Shown here piece by piece: positions 10,085 to 20,588 of a stretch of 64,000 nucleotides of DNA; the first letter of the stretch is position 1; each line of letters starts with the position of its first letter. The position numbers and the translations under genes are program-made. The notes beneath the pieces were generated by a model. That model was not told the origin of the DNA, made no database searches, and was given only the letters and a program-made list of their open reading frames with translations. This DNA comes from a virus. The stretch covers positions 32,001 through 96,000 of the IMG/VR virus record IMGVR_UViG_3300042474_001633; one strand, 5' to 3'.

Positions 10085-10384
10085 TTAGTTACCTACCACA
10101 AAGTCGATGAGGATTCTTTGCTCGCCAGTATTTTTCGGTTTATCCCTAGCAATAAGGGTAAGCTGTATTTCTGGCCAAAATTGACTAATCGTGTACCTTA
10201 TTTCTGATTCTCTGAGCTGTGCAAAAGTTGGGTCTTTCGTTCCGTAGGTTCTCTCAAGCGGCAATTCCCCACGCTCAATTCTGCAAGCAAGAGCAATTAT
10301 CTGCGAATAGTAAGGACGCGTTCCTTCAGACAGGGTCGCAGCCGTGCCTCGCTCAAATGTCATTGGTAGTTTTAATGTGTCCAT
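10085..10384 (-). CDS. Baseplate wedge gp25/GPW-like protein
   Basis: 99 aa with GELPLERTYG and FWPEI. Canonical position before J. Confidence 0.7.
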   Translation of the reverse strand: MDTLKLPMTFERGTAATLSEGTRPYYSQIIALACRIERGELPLERTYGTKDPTFAQLRESEIRYTISQFWPEIQLTLIARDKPKNTGEQRILIDFVVGN

Positions 10385-10387
10385 AAA

Positions 10388-10765
10388 TCAGTCAAAATTC
10401 TGGTCGACGTAGTTTTTAAGATTTTGTATCACTAGGTCAACATAGCTTTTATTTGCTGCGTCGCTAGATGCCATTGGCGTGTCGACCTCCTTAATAATTT
10501 TACTAGTAGTTTCCCTTCCAAGAATGACGACTTCTTCAAATCTGTTGTCAAGGAATCCACATAACACTTTTTGCCCAGCAATTGGATACGCAGAAAACAC
10601 AGTGCACGGGCCAAATACCGTTTGAGCTGCGACTTTAGGGATACTTACAAAAACGCCCTGAGCCCCAGCCCTAACAACCGTGCCCAGGTACAGTCCACCT
10701 GGCACGGGTTTTCGAGAAGAGGCTTTTTTTGAATTAGAAAACCTTGAGGTTGGGTCGTAAAGCAT
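10388..10765 (-). CDS. Baseplate spike / gpV-like OB-fold protein
   Basis: GLYLGTVVR...VSIP...PIAGQKVLCGFLD. Confidence 0.6.
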   Translation of the reverse strand: MLYDPTSRFSNSKKASSRKPVPGGLYLGTVVRAGAQGVFVSIPKVAAQTVFGPCTVFSAYPIAGQKVLCGFLDNRFEEVVILGRETTSKIIKEVDTPMASSDAANKSYVDLVIQNLKNYVDQNFD

Positions 10766-10767
10766 GA

Positions 10768-12201
10768 CTAAAAGATACCAGGGCTCGAGCCGACCCTAGG
10801 CTTGATTGGTTTGCCTTTTTGGTCTTTGGGTTCTTCCGGAGTACGAAATGATATTCGAGCAGATTCTGGAGAACCCTCACTAAAACTAACCTCCGTTATT
10901 AGGTAGCCCCCAAAAAAATAATTAGGCAAGGGTCCACAAACAGCAGTATGTCCTGGTCTTAAAGCTCCACCCTGTGGCATTAGAACGCTGCAGCTTCCGG
11001 TTGCGGCAAGCGGTTCGTTATCTGATGAATTGAAATCATGCCAAGTTTCTAGTTGAAATAATTCACTAGAGTCTCCGAGCATTGCATTTGCAAATAAATC
11101 TTTTGGGTCTCTGTTCGGATAGAAAAGCAATGGAACAAATTTACGAACACCATTTGCCGGACTGGTCCAGCTAGAACTGCCAAATTTCCACATCAACCAT
11201 TCTTGCGATGCGTAGACCAAAACGCCATCAACCTCAAACACGACAAACTGATTGTCTCCAGCAGTCCTGGTGAGGACGTCCCAGACCGACTCTTCACCGT
11301 CACCGGTTCGAGCTTTAAAAGTTGACTTTGTTTTAGCTGATTTTTGCCCGACAAACTCCAGGCCGAACTTCTTGGCCGCGTTTCCGGCATACTCGTAACC
11401 AGAGCCACCAGTAACCGAATTCGGAAACTTATCGCGTCTCATCTGTTGAAGAGCCTTGTTGCGAGCTTTGATTACTACGGTGGGCGAACCTCCCGGTCCT
11501 GGCTTGGCCGAAACATCGGCTATCTCGTATCTTCTTCCCCTGTATGTAACATCTCGTCTAATAATGAAATAATTTGAATCGAACATTTTGTAATCTTCAT
11601 CAACTATTTCAATAGATATTTCAGGGTTTAGGTCCATGGAATAATTAACCGAAACCGATACAAGATTATTTTTAAAATCTTCAGTAGCAGCACCAAAAAG
11701 GTCTGTTATTTGCAAAATCCCGCCAAGGTTTCTATTCGACGGCTCAATAATCTGGTCAATTGGATACCAGGTCTTTTCGCCAACTAGGTAATCAGGATTA
11801 TTCTTTATTTGTTCTTTGTAACGTTTATTTTCTTGTGCAGACAGGGCCTTGGCATAAGTATTGGCAATTCTCAGAGTGGCAAATTTGCCGAGATGCCTTC
11901 CACTTTTGTTATAAATTAATCTTGCTTCTTTTTCCGGCACAACCACGCCGTCATCGCTAATCGTTGGTATTAAAGAAAAACATAGTTTTCCAGAAATTGT
12001 GTCCTGAATTGTTATTGAGACAAGTGTGGCGATTTGACCATTTTTCAACTTAACAATAGGTCGAAGATTTAAATTTATGTTGCCATATTCAAACACATCG
12101 GCCTCGGACATGCTCAAAGACTGCATGGATGGATATTCTGGCCGTTTTTGTAATGACATAATTTCTGCGTTTCTATTATTACTACTTTGAAGCTTCGGCA
12201 A
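10768..12201 (-). CDS. Baseplate hub (gpD/gp27-like) with an extra N-terminal domain
   Basis: ESVWDVLTRTA...FEVDGVLVY and LRPGHT..GYLITEVSF. Position between the tube initiator and the spike. Confidence 0.65.
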   Translation of the reverse strand: MPKLQSSNNRNAEIMSLQKRPEYPSMQSLSMSEADVFEYGNINLNLRPIVKLKNGQIATLVSITIQDTISGKLCFSLIPTISDDGVVVPEKEARLIYNKSGRHLGKFATLRIANTYAKALSAQENKRYKEQIKNNPDYLVGEKTWYPIDQIIEPSNRNLGGILQITDLFGAATEDFKNNLVSVSVNYSMDLNPEISIEIVDEDYKMFDSNYFIIRRDVTYRGRRYEIADVSAKPGPGGSPTVVIKARNKALQQMRRDKFPNSVTGGSGYEYAGNAAKKFGLEFVGQKSAKTKSTFKARTGDGEESVWDVLTRTAGDNQFVVFEVDGVLVYASQEWLMWKFGSSSWTSPANGVRKFVPLLFYPNRDPKDLFANAMLGDSSELFQLETWHDFNSSDNEPLAATGSCSVLMPQGGALRPGHTAVCGPLPNYFFGGYLITEVSFSEGSPESARISFRTPEEPKDQKGKPIKPRVGSSPGIF

Positions 12202-12931
12202 GCTCTAATGCGTAATACTCTATGGCCTTGACATTACCAGCAGCTCTAGCTGCATTTAGCTTTGCTGTAAGCGCCTTGATGTGGTCCGCCCCACCATTCT
12301 CATCATTGCCGGTTGATTTTTTGTTTGCAGGCACAAATTTCCCATGCTTAAAACGCGGCAATAGAATCATCGTTTTCCTACGTGGTATAAACTCGATAAG
12401 CGATAAGCTGACCGTAGCGCTCGTGGTGTTTGCTTGAAGGTTCTGCCTACCATGATTTATCGTGCACTCGTCTATGTACCATTTGGGAATAGCGAGAGCT
12501 GGATGAACATTTATGAACTCAACTGGAATAGCAAAATCTGCAATTGATTGAATAAACCTAAGCTGGTCATCGATTGATTCATAGAAGTCTTGATAAGTCT
12601 GCGAAGAAGGCTTACCGTCTTCCCCTGTAAGGGTGTTAATTCTTTTTGGTGGCGCAACAAGGAACTCGAAAGAACACCGCTCCGCCTTGCCGCTTGTTAT
12701 ATCCACAATCGGCGTCGAATAGGGGCGATTGATTTCGTTGAATGTTGGCCCGTATCCACTGTGGCTAAAAGTCGTCGGAGGAAAATAGAATTCATAAGCA
12801 AGTTCAGGGCCTGCAACTTGGCGCATTTCCCTAATGTCGGAGGTATTACGCAGAACAGTAGCTGATTTTTGAAACTGAAACTTGCCCGAAATTTGACTCG
12901 GTATTTGTTTGCCGATTATTGAAATTGCCAT
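12182..12931 (-). CDS. Tail tube initiator-like protein
   Basis: Directly after the tape measure. ATVSLSLIEF C-terminal strand pattern. Confidence 0.5.
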   Translation of the reverse strand: MAISIIGKQIPSQISGKFQFQKSATVLRNTSDIREMRQVAGPELAYEFYFPPTTFSHSGYGPTFNEINRPYSTPIVDITSGKAERCSFEFLVAPPKRINTLTGEDGKPSSQTYQDFYESIDDQLRFIQSIADFAIPVEFINVHPALAIPKWYIDECTINHGRQNLQANTTSATVSLSLIEFIPRRKTMILLPRFKHGKFVPANKKSTGNDENGGADHIKALTAKLNAARAAGNVKAIEYYALELAEASK

Positions 12932-15900
12932 TATATTCTCTGTTTCACATTTCTTTGAATCTGAAGAATTTCGTTAGCAACTGCACGCGCCGTAACCTGA
13001 GGTGTTGACGATTCATTGACCGTGATGTTAAAAGTGTCCCCGCCACTAGAGCCTCCAGATGGGATTGAGCCCGTCATCTTCGCAAGGATACTCGTGGAGG
13101 TATCTCCCATTGGACCAACAGGGGGAACTACGTGCAAGTGGCGCGCACCACCAGTTCCGTGGAATTCAGCAAACCCGCCAGATGCATTGACTAGTGATGA
13201 ATATTTGCCAAGGTTGTCACCAACCAGGTCGTAAGCATGTCCGGTTGCGTGGTCTGAATTATTTGAACCAAGTGCAAAGTTCCTTAGTGAACTTGTTACC
13301 GTGCGCTTACCGGGAACAGCGCCATCAAACATGCCATGCTTGCCCATTGTCTTACCTAAAACCTTGGGCGTATCGGTGTCACCCATTGGGACAAGTTTGT
13401 CAATTACGCCGTTTTTGAGTTGAACCTCAAATCCATTAGTCCACCAGCTTGGTGCATCATTCCACCACTTAGGTGTGTCTGTTGATTCAAAGAATTCTTG
13501 GCGAACAGCGTTCGTGAACTCCTCTCTCATCAATGCGGCTTCTGCGGTCAGAATATCTTTGTATGGGTCTAGTTCTCCTGACATCTCGGGCTTTAATTTT
13601 GTTCCAAACAGATTATTTCCCAGAGCCCCACTACCTAAAAGTTTTGAACCAATAATTGAAGCTATGGCATCTTGTCCTTTGCCTTGAAACGCGACACCCC
13701 TAGAAAGCATTCCTTCAAGGTCTCTTATCTGAGCGGTTGCGGCCTCATCGCCACCCATTGCCTTTGTTATCAGGGCGTTTATTTGTGTTTGTGCTCCGCT
13801 AAATGCTTTTTCTCCATCCTCAAAGACAAAACCGGCTTCTCCGGCCATAGCCAGAAGTTGTTTTGTCATTTCAGTTGCTGAGCCTGAAGCAGTCTGTTTT
13901 TGCGCCTGACCGATGAGCCCCTTAGCTTCGTCCCCCATAACGACGCCCGAAAGAGGACCTCCTGGACCAAACGCGGAACCTGCGCCCACATTCGCACCAG
14001 TGCCAAAGGCTTGGGCTTGAGCTATCGAATTGAGAAGGGGTGAGTCCGGGGAGATGTAGTTTGAATAATCGAGATATTTTGTGTAGTAATCGAGGAATGC
14101 TTCCGTTGATGTATCTCCACCAGTCAAGTTATCCCCAGAAGCCTGAAGGGCGTCTTTCATGGCTTTGTTTTCGGAGAATCTCTTAAACACGTCCATGGCT
14201 CTAATTTGCACATCCCTAAGAGCATCCGAGAATTGTTTTGAAGTCTTGGTCATCCCGACGCCGAGAGCTTTGGTTGCATCATTGAGTTTAAGAGTGGTGC
14301 TGTAGAGGTCTACATTGCGCTCCATGGCGAGTTTATATATTTCCTCGGAAGTCATTCCTGTTGTTTGTTTCAGGGAATTCATGATTGAATCAAATTGATT
14401 AAAAGCCGGAGTCAATGCCTGGTCCATGTTTTTGGATGTTTTTGCAAGAGCTTTTTGGGCGTCTTCAGCATTGTCTCCAAGCGCAAGGCTGAGTTCATTC
14501 CCGCCAATCACTCCAGCGTCAATGAAAGGTTGCAAAACCTTTTTTCTATCTTCCTTTGTTTCGGCCTTCGTAAAATCGCGAGTCATGTTTCGAGATGCCG
14601 CAAGTACGGCGCGAGCCTCGGTAGTGCTTCCTGCTTGACCACCTTTTGCCGCCGCCGCAGCTATTCCGGATATCTGAGCAAGACCCACCTTGCCCATTGC
14701 CCCTTCTGCCATCTTCTTTTGGTTGCGTTTTGCTGCCAGGAAGCCGAGACCAGCACCAAGCACGCCACCAACTGCTGCTCCAAGTGGACCAGCAATCATT
14801 GCGCCGACTGCTGCACCACTGACTGCACCAGCAATCGCCCCACCTTTTTTGGTCTTGGATGAAAACGCTGTCAAACCAGCACCTACCGCAAGACCAAGCA
14901 TTGGGTTAATGGCCATCAGAGACGCGCCCATTTGCATTCCGCCCTGTGCTTCTTCTGTGCCATATCTGCTAGCCAACGCGCTGGCCCCCATGCCAGCAAT
15001 CATGCCTGCGCCGCTCAAGCTATACTTTGCACCAGCTTTCATCCCTTGAAGCCTGCTGAACTTTGCGTTTGCAGGAATTTGTCCAGCCTTCTTGGCTTCA
15101 TTAAAATTCAATCTTGCGTTTCTGTATCCCTGACCAAAGTTCCCACCCTTTGCGGAATTGTAGGCTCTACCCAATAAGCCATTACCGGGTCCCAACTGCC
15201 CCATTCCGCTTTGGTTTCTGATTGTATCCCTGAATCCTCTATAGCCACCTTCGTTATAAGACTGGCCAAGCAGTGTTCTTCCAGCAAAACCACGAAGACC
15301 ACCTCTTCTGGCGGTGTTGTTGTAATTGTTTGTTCCGGTTCCGGCAGCCTGTTGTCCGGTTATGCCACCCATCCCGCCCATCGCGCCAGAAACAGTTGGG
15401 GTGCCGTTGAGCAAAAAACTGCCATAGCTTTTTGCTCTACCAAGCAATTTTTTCTCAAGTTCAACTACGCCGGGCAGTGCATCAATGCGGCTAGGGATTG
15501 CCGCAAGACGCCCCCTAATGCCTTGTCGAATCGGCCTGCCAGGAAAAAACCCAGACGCCTGGAGGGACTGGTCTGTTCTGTACCTAAACGCAGAATTGTC
15601 CATCAGATTACTATGCGGTCCCTGTGGGGCATTCGGCCTAAGCTTCATCCTCCTCATACGCTCGGAAGCCTGGTATTGCTCACGCGTCATCATTCTCTGA
15701 CCTATGTTTTCATAGTCTGGTGTGACGCCACGTCGTCTACCAAAAATGTTTGTAGAATCTTGGTCTTTGCGGCCGAGAAGGTCTTTTGCTGACCGATTCA
15801 TGCCTAAACTCGGAGCCTTATACCCTCTTTGCTCTAGGGGTAAGTCGGTTACACCTCGATTCCTCGTGACGAATGCATTGACATCGCGCTGGTAGTCTGC

Positions 15901-17877
15901 ATTTGATTGTCCTGGTTTTCTCGCCGGCAATCTTGTGTATCTTCCGGTTGCTCTGTCAACCGCCCCACCACCCATTCCACCACGGAGGGTTCCTCCCATT
16001 GCCGCGCCGGTAATGGCAGCCGCAGCACCCTGAAGAGATGCGCCGGCGGCAGTCAACGCGCTTGCCCCTGGCGCTATAGCAGCACTTGCTGCTGTCCCTG
16101 CTGCCTGTCCGGCGCTAGACATCGCTCCAGCTATCGAGCCGAGCTGGCCTTGATTGGCGGCCCCACCTCCACCAACATTCGTTCCCATTGTTGAGAATTT
16201 ATGGCCAGAGTAGATTGCTTGCTTCGAAGAAAGACCCACGTTGCCAAATTCATCACCCATGCCCCTGCTGCGCTGAAACCTTGCTGCACGACGTCCTTTA
16301 AATGCAAACATTCCCAGTAGCGCAACAATTGCCGAAGAGCCACCGCTTCCAGTCTTGCCGCTAAGCGTATTAATGATGGTTGCAAGAGTTGACATGAGCT
16401 TGCCGAGCGCAGCGACGACCGGGTTTATTATCGGTAGCGCTCTGGCGAACACCTCTCGAAGTGCTCGCATAATTTCGAAAAATCCGACAACTACGCTCTT
16501 CATTGAGTCACCAAATGCAAGGAATAACGGTTCATATTTAACCGCTTGTGCAGCAAGCGCTTGTACGCCAAGCCCAATTTGCTTAAATATTTCAACAATC
16601 GGTTTTCCGAAAGTCTTAATCACTATGGAGCCACCCTCGCGCAGGGGGTCCAAGGCGTCACGAACTTCTCTAAAATAAATTGCAAAGCCCTTAAAAAAAT
16701 CGGTTGTTCTTCTCCAAAAACCCTCTGTCGCAGGAAGAAATTTTCTAAACAAAACGACAGTAAAATCTTCTAGTTTCTCTGTGAACTTCACCAACGAGGA
16801 CAAAAACGGACCCTGTCCAAATGTGACGAGGTCCCCAGAAATTCTTCTAAATGTTCGTTCTAGGCCGAAGTAAATGTCAGACATTGCCTTCTTGATTGGC
16901 TCGAGTACACGAACACCAACATCAGACATTTCTACCAACGCCGAACTCAGATAAGTTCTGAATTGACCAACCAAGGTCCGAGCCATAGTCCCAGATTGCC
17001 CAGAGACTCCAGCGTCTAGGGCTAGCTTCCCGCTTTGAAGGTCTTCCAAGAACTTTCTGTAGTCCTTGTAATTTCCTTTTTTAAATGCTTTTTCAAACTC
17101 CGGACTAATTGCTTTTACTGCTTGAAGAGCTTCGGCAGTAAACTTCTTTTCTTTTTGCAATATTCCCACCAAAGAACCAGCCGCCTGTAGAGCATTTTGG
17201 GGGTCGCCGCTTGATTGCACAAAGTCAGCCATGGCTTTTAGGGCCGCCTTAGAGGCCGGAGTGAAAGCGGAATGCTTATTCACAGCAGCAAAAGCACCAG
17301 CAAGTGCTTGCACACCCATTGAGGCCAACGTGGCATCCTTGTATAAACTTCTTAGCCCAGAGCCAGACTGGTCAAGAGCGGAGCCGAGCTCTTTTGAATC
17401 TTTGTATCTAAATGCATACTGGGCTGCTTGGAATTCCTTAAACGCTGCAGCTGCACCAATCGCCGCAACTCCAACCGCAGCAACGGTCCCAGCCAGGGCT
17501 TGCATTAAATAGTTATATGCCTGCGCAACAATTTTCCCAACAGCAAAAGCAGCGTTAACGCTTGCCAACGCAAGGGCTGAAATACCGAATTCAATTCCCA
17601 AGGCTATGACGCTAAACATGAGTAGGCGGGCCATTTTCAAAAATTTGGCACCAATTTTTTCGACGAGATTCAGCTGCTTGGAAAACTTTGTGACGCCTTT
17701 GCTTGTGGTCGTCATCTGCAGGTTCAGCCTGCCCATAGCACCAGTAAGTCGATTGGTTCTGTTCTCTAAGCGTTTTGATGCAGCATCGAGGGCCGTAAGT
17801 TTTGCCGCGGTAGTAAGTAGCTTATTATCACCTTTGACGTCAACGTCAACATTTAAATTTACGATTTCGTCAGCCAT
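12931..17877 (-). CDS. Tape measure protein with a C-terminal M15-like peptidase domain
   Basis: 1648 aa, Ala/Gly-rich and helical. C-terminal VTSSLR...SDHATGHAYD...HLHV fits the S-x-H...D...H-x-H zinc site. Confidence 0.9.
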   Translation of the reverse strand: MADEIVNLNVDVDVKGDNKLLTTAAKLTALDAASKRLENRTNRLTGAMGRLNLQMTTTSKGVTKFSKQLNLVEKIGAKFLKMARLLMFSVIALGIEFGISALALASVNAAFAVGKIVAQAYNYLMQALAGTVAAVGVAAIGAAAAFKEFQAAQYAFRYKDSKELGSALDQSGSGLRSLYKDATLASMGVQALAGAFAAVNKHSAFTPASKAALKAMADFVQSSGDPQNALQAAGSLVGILQKEKKFTAEALQAVKAISPEFEKAFKKGNYKDYRKFLEDLQSGKLALDAGVSGQSGTMARTLVGQFRTYLSSALVEMSDVGVRVLEPIKKAMSDIYFGLERTFRRISGDLVTFGQGPFLSSLVKFTEKLEDFTVVLFRKFLPATEGFWRRTTDFFKGFAIYFREVRDALDPLREGGSIVIKTFGKPIVEIFKQIGLGVQALAAQAVKYEPLFLAFGDSMKSVVVGFFEIMRALREVFARALPIINPVVAALGKLMSTLATIINTLSGKTGSGGSSAIVALLGMFAFKGRRAARFQRSRGMGDEFGNVGLSSKQAIYSGHKFSTMGTNVGGGGAANQGQLGSIAGAMSSAGQAAGTAASAAIAPGASALTAAGASLQGAAAAITGAAMGGTLRGGMGGGAVDRATGRYTRLPARKPGQSNADYQRDVNAFVTRNRGVTDLPLEQRGYKAPSLGMNRSAKDLLGRKDQDSTNIFGRRRGVTPDYENIGQRMMTREQYQASERMRRMKLRPNAPQGPHSNLMDNSAFRYRTDQSLQASGFFPGRPIRQGIRGRLAAIPSRIDALPGVVELEKKLLGRAKSYGSFLLNGTPTVSGAMGGMGGITGQQAAGTGTNNYNNTARRGGLRGFAGRTLLGQSYNEGGYRGFRDTIRNQSGMGQLGPGNGLLGRAYNSAKGGNFGQGYRNARLNFNEAKKAGQIPANAKFSRLQGMKAGAKYSLSGAGMIAGMGASALASRYGTEEAQGGMQMGASLMAINPMLGLAVGAGLTAFSSKTKKGGAIAGAVSGAAVGAMIAGPLGAAVGGVLGAGLGFLAAKRNQKKMAEGAMGKVGLAQISGIAAAAAKGGQAGSTTEARAVLAASRNMTRDFTKAETKEDRKKVLQPFIDAGVIGGNELSLALGDNAEDAQKALAKTSKNMDQALTPAFNQFDSIMNSLKQTTGMTSEEIYKLAMERNVDLYSTTLKLNDATKALGVGMTKTSKQFSDALRDVQIRAMDVFKRFSENKAMKDALQASGDNLTGGDTSTEAFLDYYTKYLDYSNYISPDSPLLNSIAQAQAFGTGANVGAGSAFGPGGPLSGVVMGDEAKGLIGQAQKQTASGSATEMTKQLLAMAGEAGFVFEDGEKAFSGAQTQINALITKAMGGDEAATAQIRDLEGMLSRGVAFQGKGQDAIASIIGSKLLGSGALGNNLFGTKLKPEMSGELDPYKDILTAEAALMREEFTNAVRQEFFESTDTPKWWNDAPSWWTNGFEVQLKNGVIDKLVPMGDTDTPKVLGKTMGKHGMFDGAVPGKRTVTSSLRNFALGSNNSDHATGHAYDLVGDNLGKYSSLVNASGGFAEFHGTGGARHLHVVPPVGPMGDTSTSILAKMTGSIPSGGSSGGDTFNITVNESSTPQVTARAVANEILQIQRNVKQRI

Positions 17878-17906
17878 GACCCTACCTAGGTAATAAATCT
17901 CATTCG

Positions 17907-18101
17907 CTAATACCCCTGAGACTTACGCTCAGCTGCCTCACGGTCTGCCTCAATAACTTTAGCACACGCAAGGCGTATTATCCATTCTTCGAATGAGCAA
18001 TCTAGAATTCTTATTGGGTCCGTCCCAAACACCTCCCCTAGTCGGGCGGCTGTAACTATTCGACTATCGTCGGTTAATTCGTTGAGGACGGATTCGTAGG
18101 G
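17907..18101 (-). CDS. -1 frameshift extension of the tail assembly chaperone (gpGT-like)
   Basis: The -1 frame is open from the slippery site to TAG at 17907: PYESVLNELTDDSRIVTAARLGEVFGTDPIRILDCSFEEWIIRLACAKVIEADREAAERKSQGY. It has no own start codon and fills the gap to the tape measure. Confidence 0.8.
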   Translation of the reverse strand, partial: PYESVLNELTDDSRIVTAARLGEVFGTDPIRILDCSFEEWIIRLACAKVIEADREAAERKSQGY

Positions 18102-18595
18102 TTTTCTTGCTGTTCAACCGTATCACCGAAGCCCGCTGCATCAATAATTGTTAACGCTGCTGCCTCTACGTGTGGGTCAAGTCCAAAAAACTTCTGAACT
18201 GCATCCGGTAGTGCTCGCGCTGCACCGGTCATTTTAAGAATTGCCGGAGAAGCAAATCCAAGAGATTTCCCATTCTCTAGAACCTCTTCACTGTTGAAGT
18301 AAATTCCTCTTGTGGTGTGACCAATGACTTGACATGCAAATCTTGTTGCGTCAAGACCAGTCTTTGAATCAGAACCAGCATTCTTTTGCCATGCTTTAAC
18401 TTGCTGCTGCGTGATGTTTGGGCTGATGAGCAGAGTTACGCCTGGTCGCTCTGGGACATTGATGAATACATCAGGTCGCGAAACCTTCTTGCTAATCACG
18501 GCTGTGAGTTGCTCCAGAACGTTGTCTGAATCTTCACCAGACACGCCAGAATCTAAAGAGGAATTTGAGTCTTCTGAGTAAAATGAGTTTGTCAT
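18074..18595 (-). CDS. Tail assembly chaperone (gpG-like)
   Basis: Between tube and tape measure. Ends ENPTNPSSTN across the slippery heptamer. Confidence 0.8.
   Translation of the reverse strand: MTNSFYSEDSNSSLDSGVSGEDSDNVLEQLTAVISKKVSRPDVFINVPERPGVTLLISPNITQQQVKAWQKNAGSDSKTGLDATRFACQVIGHTTRGIYFNSEEVLENGKSLGFASPAILKMTGAARALPDAVQKFFGLDPHVEAAALTIIDAAGFGDTVEQQENPTNPSSTN
18098..18104 (-). promoter_or_regulatory. Programmed -1 frameshift slippery site A-AAC-CCT
   Basis: X-XXY-YYZ heptamer in frame with the chaperone ORF, followed by an open -1 frame. Confidence 0.75.
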
Positions 18596-18602
18596 GTGGC
18601 AA

Positions 18603-18608
18603 ACACTA
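18603..18608 (-). promoter_or_regulatory. Putative -10 box of a leaderless transcript (tail chaperone)
   Basis: TAGTGT 7 nt upstream of ATG 18595, no SD sequence. Same geometry at 24684-24689 (TAGAGT, RuvC) and 25320-25325 (TAACAT, HNH). Confidence 0.45.
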
Positions 18609-18652
18609 GCACTAGCACTAGGCCAGTAGTGGATGTCAATTGGATATTTTGA

Positions 18653-19102
18653 TTATGCCTGAGCGGGAACACCGGAGATTGCAAACGTAAGAGCAATCGT
18701 CGCTGGTGCACCAGATGAGGCATCGCCTTCTGGCTCCGATAGACCAACAAGCAAGGCACCTGCATAAACACGCTCCGACTGAAGATTCTTCAGGTCGCAG
18801 TCAGTGTCGTAAATCTTGATGTCATAGTAAGCACGACCAACAACAGGACGAACCTGGTTGATTAGGACACGCATGTCGGCATCATAATGCTTGGTTAGCG
18901 TGACGTCGCCTACTTCTGATGGGGCGCAAAGAACTTCCGGGAAAGCCTGCCCACCGATGTAAATTTTTTCTACAGCGGCTGTGATTTCTCCACCGGACAC
19001 CTGAGCGAAATACCCAGAAAGGGTCGGCCCAGTAACCGCGCCGCTAACTGGCGTGATTTCTGCGATGATTTGTCGCTGTGCCAATTTTGTGGAAATTGCC
19101 AT
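18653..19102 (-). CDS. Tail tube protein
   Basis: 149 aa after the sheath. FAQVSGGEI...GDVTLTK...DASSG pattern. Confidence 0.8.
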   Translation of the reverse strand: MAISTKLAQRQIIAEITPVSGAVTGPTLSGYFAQVSGGEITAAVEKIYIGGQAFPEVLCAPSEVGDVTLTKHYDADMRVLINQVRPVVGRAYYDIKIYDTDCDLKNLQSERVYAGALLVGLSEPEGDASSGAPATIALTFAISGVPAQA

Positions 19103-19130
19103 AATTCCTCCGTGTCTTTACTTTATTTTC

Positions 19131-20588
19131 TTAGACCAATGTTGAAGTCAGGTTTGACTTTGTAATCTCGACCTCAATCGTGTCACCGATTGAAGAAACT
19201 CGAGCGCCAACCTTGGCCTTGATTACGCCAGTTGCCAACTGAGTAAGCGGGTTGTTTGCATTGTTCACCTGAACTGTGTAGCCAGGGTCAAGCTGCTTAC
19301 CGTTTGCATCAAACGCCTCGTACAGACCGCCAGCCAAACGGATTCTTTCCATGATGGCTGTCAGTGTTGCGCGAACTCGTGAGAATGTCGACTGTCTTCC
19401 GTCGATTGGCAAGAAGAGGAGAGCCTCAAGTGCGCTCTCTGCCTCATAGACAATCTGATTCAGAACCTCGCGAGAGATGATGAATCTAAAGTTTGCTGTG
19501 TCGTCAGAGGCGGAACGAGCTCCGTAGATTCTCGCACTGCCATTGATGATTTTAATCGCGTTGATAAAGTTCTCATCAAGGTTGTCTGAATCTGTCTTTG
19601 AGAGCGATGTCTCAAGGCCAGTCACAAATGTAGCTTCTGTTCTTTCACCTGCATAAGGGTTCCACGGACCGTAAAGATTATGTACGCGTGCTCTCTTGGC
19701 AGCAACATAACCTTCTGGTGGAACCATCATTGTGAGTGTTCCGTTTGGAATCTTTACCCATGGGTAGAAAAACGCACCATATGGCGCATTATCGTCGCCA
19801 GTGTGATTTGCAGCCTCGGAGATTGCTGTAGCAACAGACGTGCCCTCATCGAATGATGTCAAAGCGATTCTGTTATTGGAAGCTGCGTGAGCAAATACCA
19901 AATCTCTCATTGCCTCTGCGTAGAAGCCCGGAGCAGCAACTGCACCTGGTCCAAGATTGTTGGTGAATGTGTCCAACGCATCTTCTAGGTCTGCTGCAAC
20001 TAACGAGCTTCCATTTGTGCCACCAGTAAAGTTTGTTGCGGCAACAACAGCAGGAATATTCGTTGATGCACCAGTCGTGGCCGTTAAGTACAGGGCAGCT
20101 GTTGCGCTGTTATTGATTTCATTAACAGCATTTGCTGGGCTTGTGTGATTTTCTGTCGTGTAAACCAGGGTTCCGTTAACGCGAACTTTAATTCTGAAAT
20201 TCACGCTCGCAGTTGGTTGCTCAACCTGAGCAGTCAATCCACCGCTGTTAGCCCAAGTGCCAGTTCCGGAGGCAAGAAGGTTTATGCATGTTGCAGCAGA
20301 GGAATCGGCAAGAGCAAGGCTTGCCTCATTGGCCGATTCATCAACGACGCGCGAAACATAAGCACGTGCGCCGCCTTCTTCGAAAAATGTTTCAATCGTC
20401 TGGTGTGTGTAACCGGATGATGTGTACCCGCCAAAAATATCTTCGAAATCCGAAAGGCTGGTAACGAGGTGCGAGGTGCCATCTGGCCCCCTCTCCGTTA
20501 CTCCAGCAACAAACAACGTCGCTGTTGGCGCGGTTTGCGTATTGGTTGGACCAGTGCGGACCGCCGTTGTAACAACTATACCTGGCAT
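19131..20588 (-). CDS. Contractile tail sheath protein
   Basis: MPGIVVTT...GVTERGP, FFEEGGARAYVSRV, YPWVK, VPPEGYVAA, RIYGARS. Confidence 0.92.
   Translation of the reverse strand: MPGIVVTTAVRTGPTNTQTAPTATLFVAGVTERGPDGTSHLVTSLSDFEDIFGGYTSSGYTHQTIETFFEEGGARAYVSRVVDESANEASLALADSSAATCINLLASGTGTWANSGGLTAQVEQPTASVNFRIKVRVNGTLVYTTENHTSPANAVNEINNSATAALYLTATTGASTNIPAVVAATNFTGGTNGSSLVAADLEDALDTFTNNLGPGAVAAPGFYAEAMRDLVFAHAASNNRIALTSFDEGTSVATAISEAANHTGDDNAPYGAFFYPWVKIPNGTLTMMVPPEGYVAAKRARVHNLYGPWNPYAGERTEATFVTGLETSLSKTDSDNLDENFINAIKIINGSARIYGARSASDDTANFRFIISREVLNQIVYEAESALEALLFLPIDGRQSTFSRVRATLTAIMERIRLAGGLYEAFDANGKQLDPGYTVQVNNANNPLTQLATGVIKAKVGARVSSIGDTIEVEITKSNLTSTLV

Noticed and set aside
15379-16134. 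VSGAM and IAGAM in the tape measure protein as processing sites
   Set aside because: The region is very rich in G, A and M, so chance matches are likely. Worth rechecking if proteomics confirms the motif.
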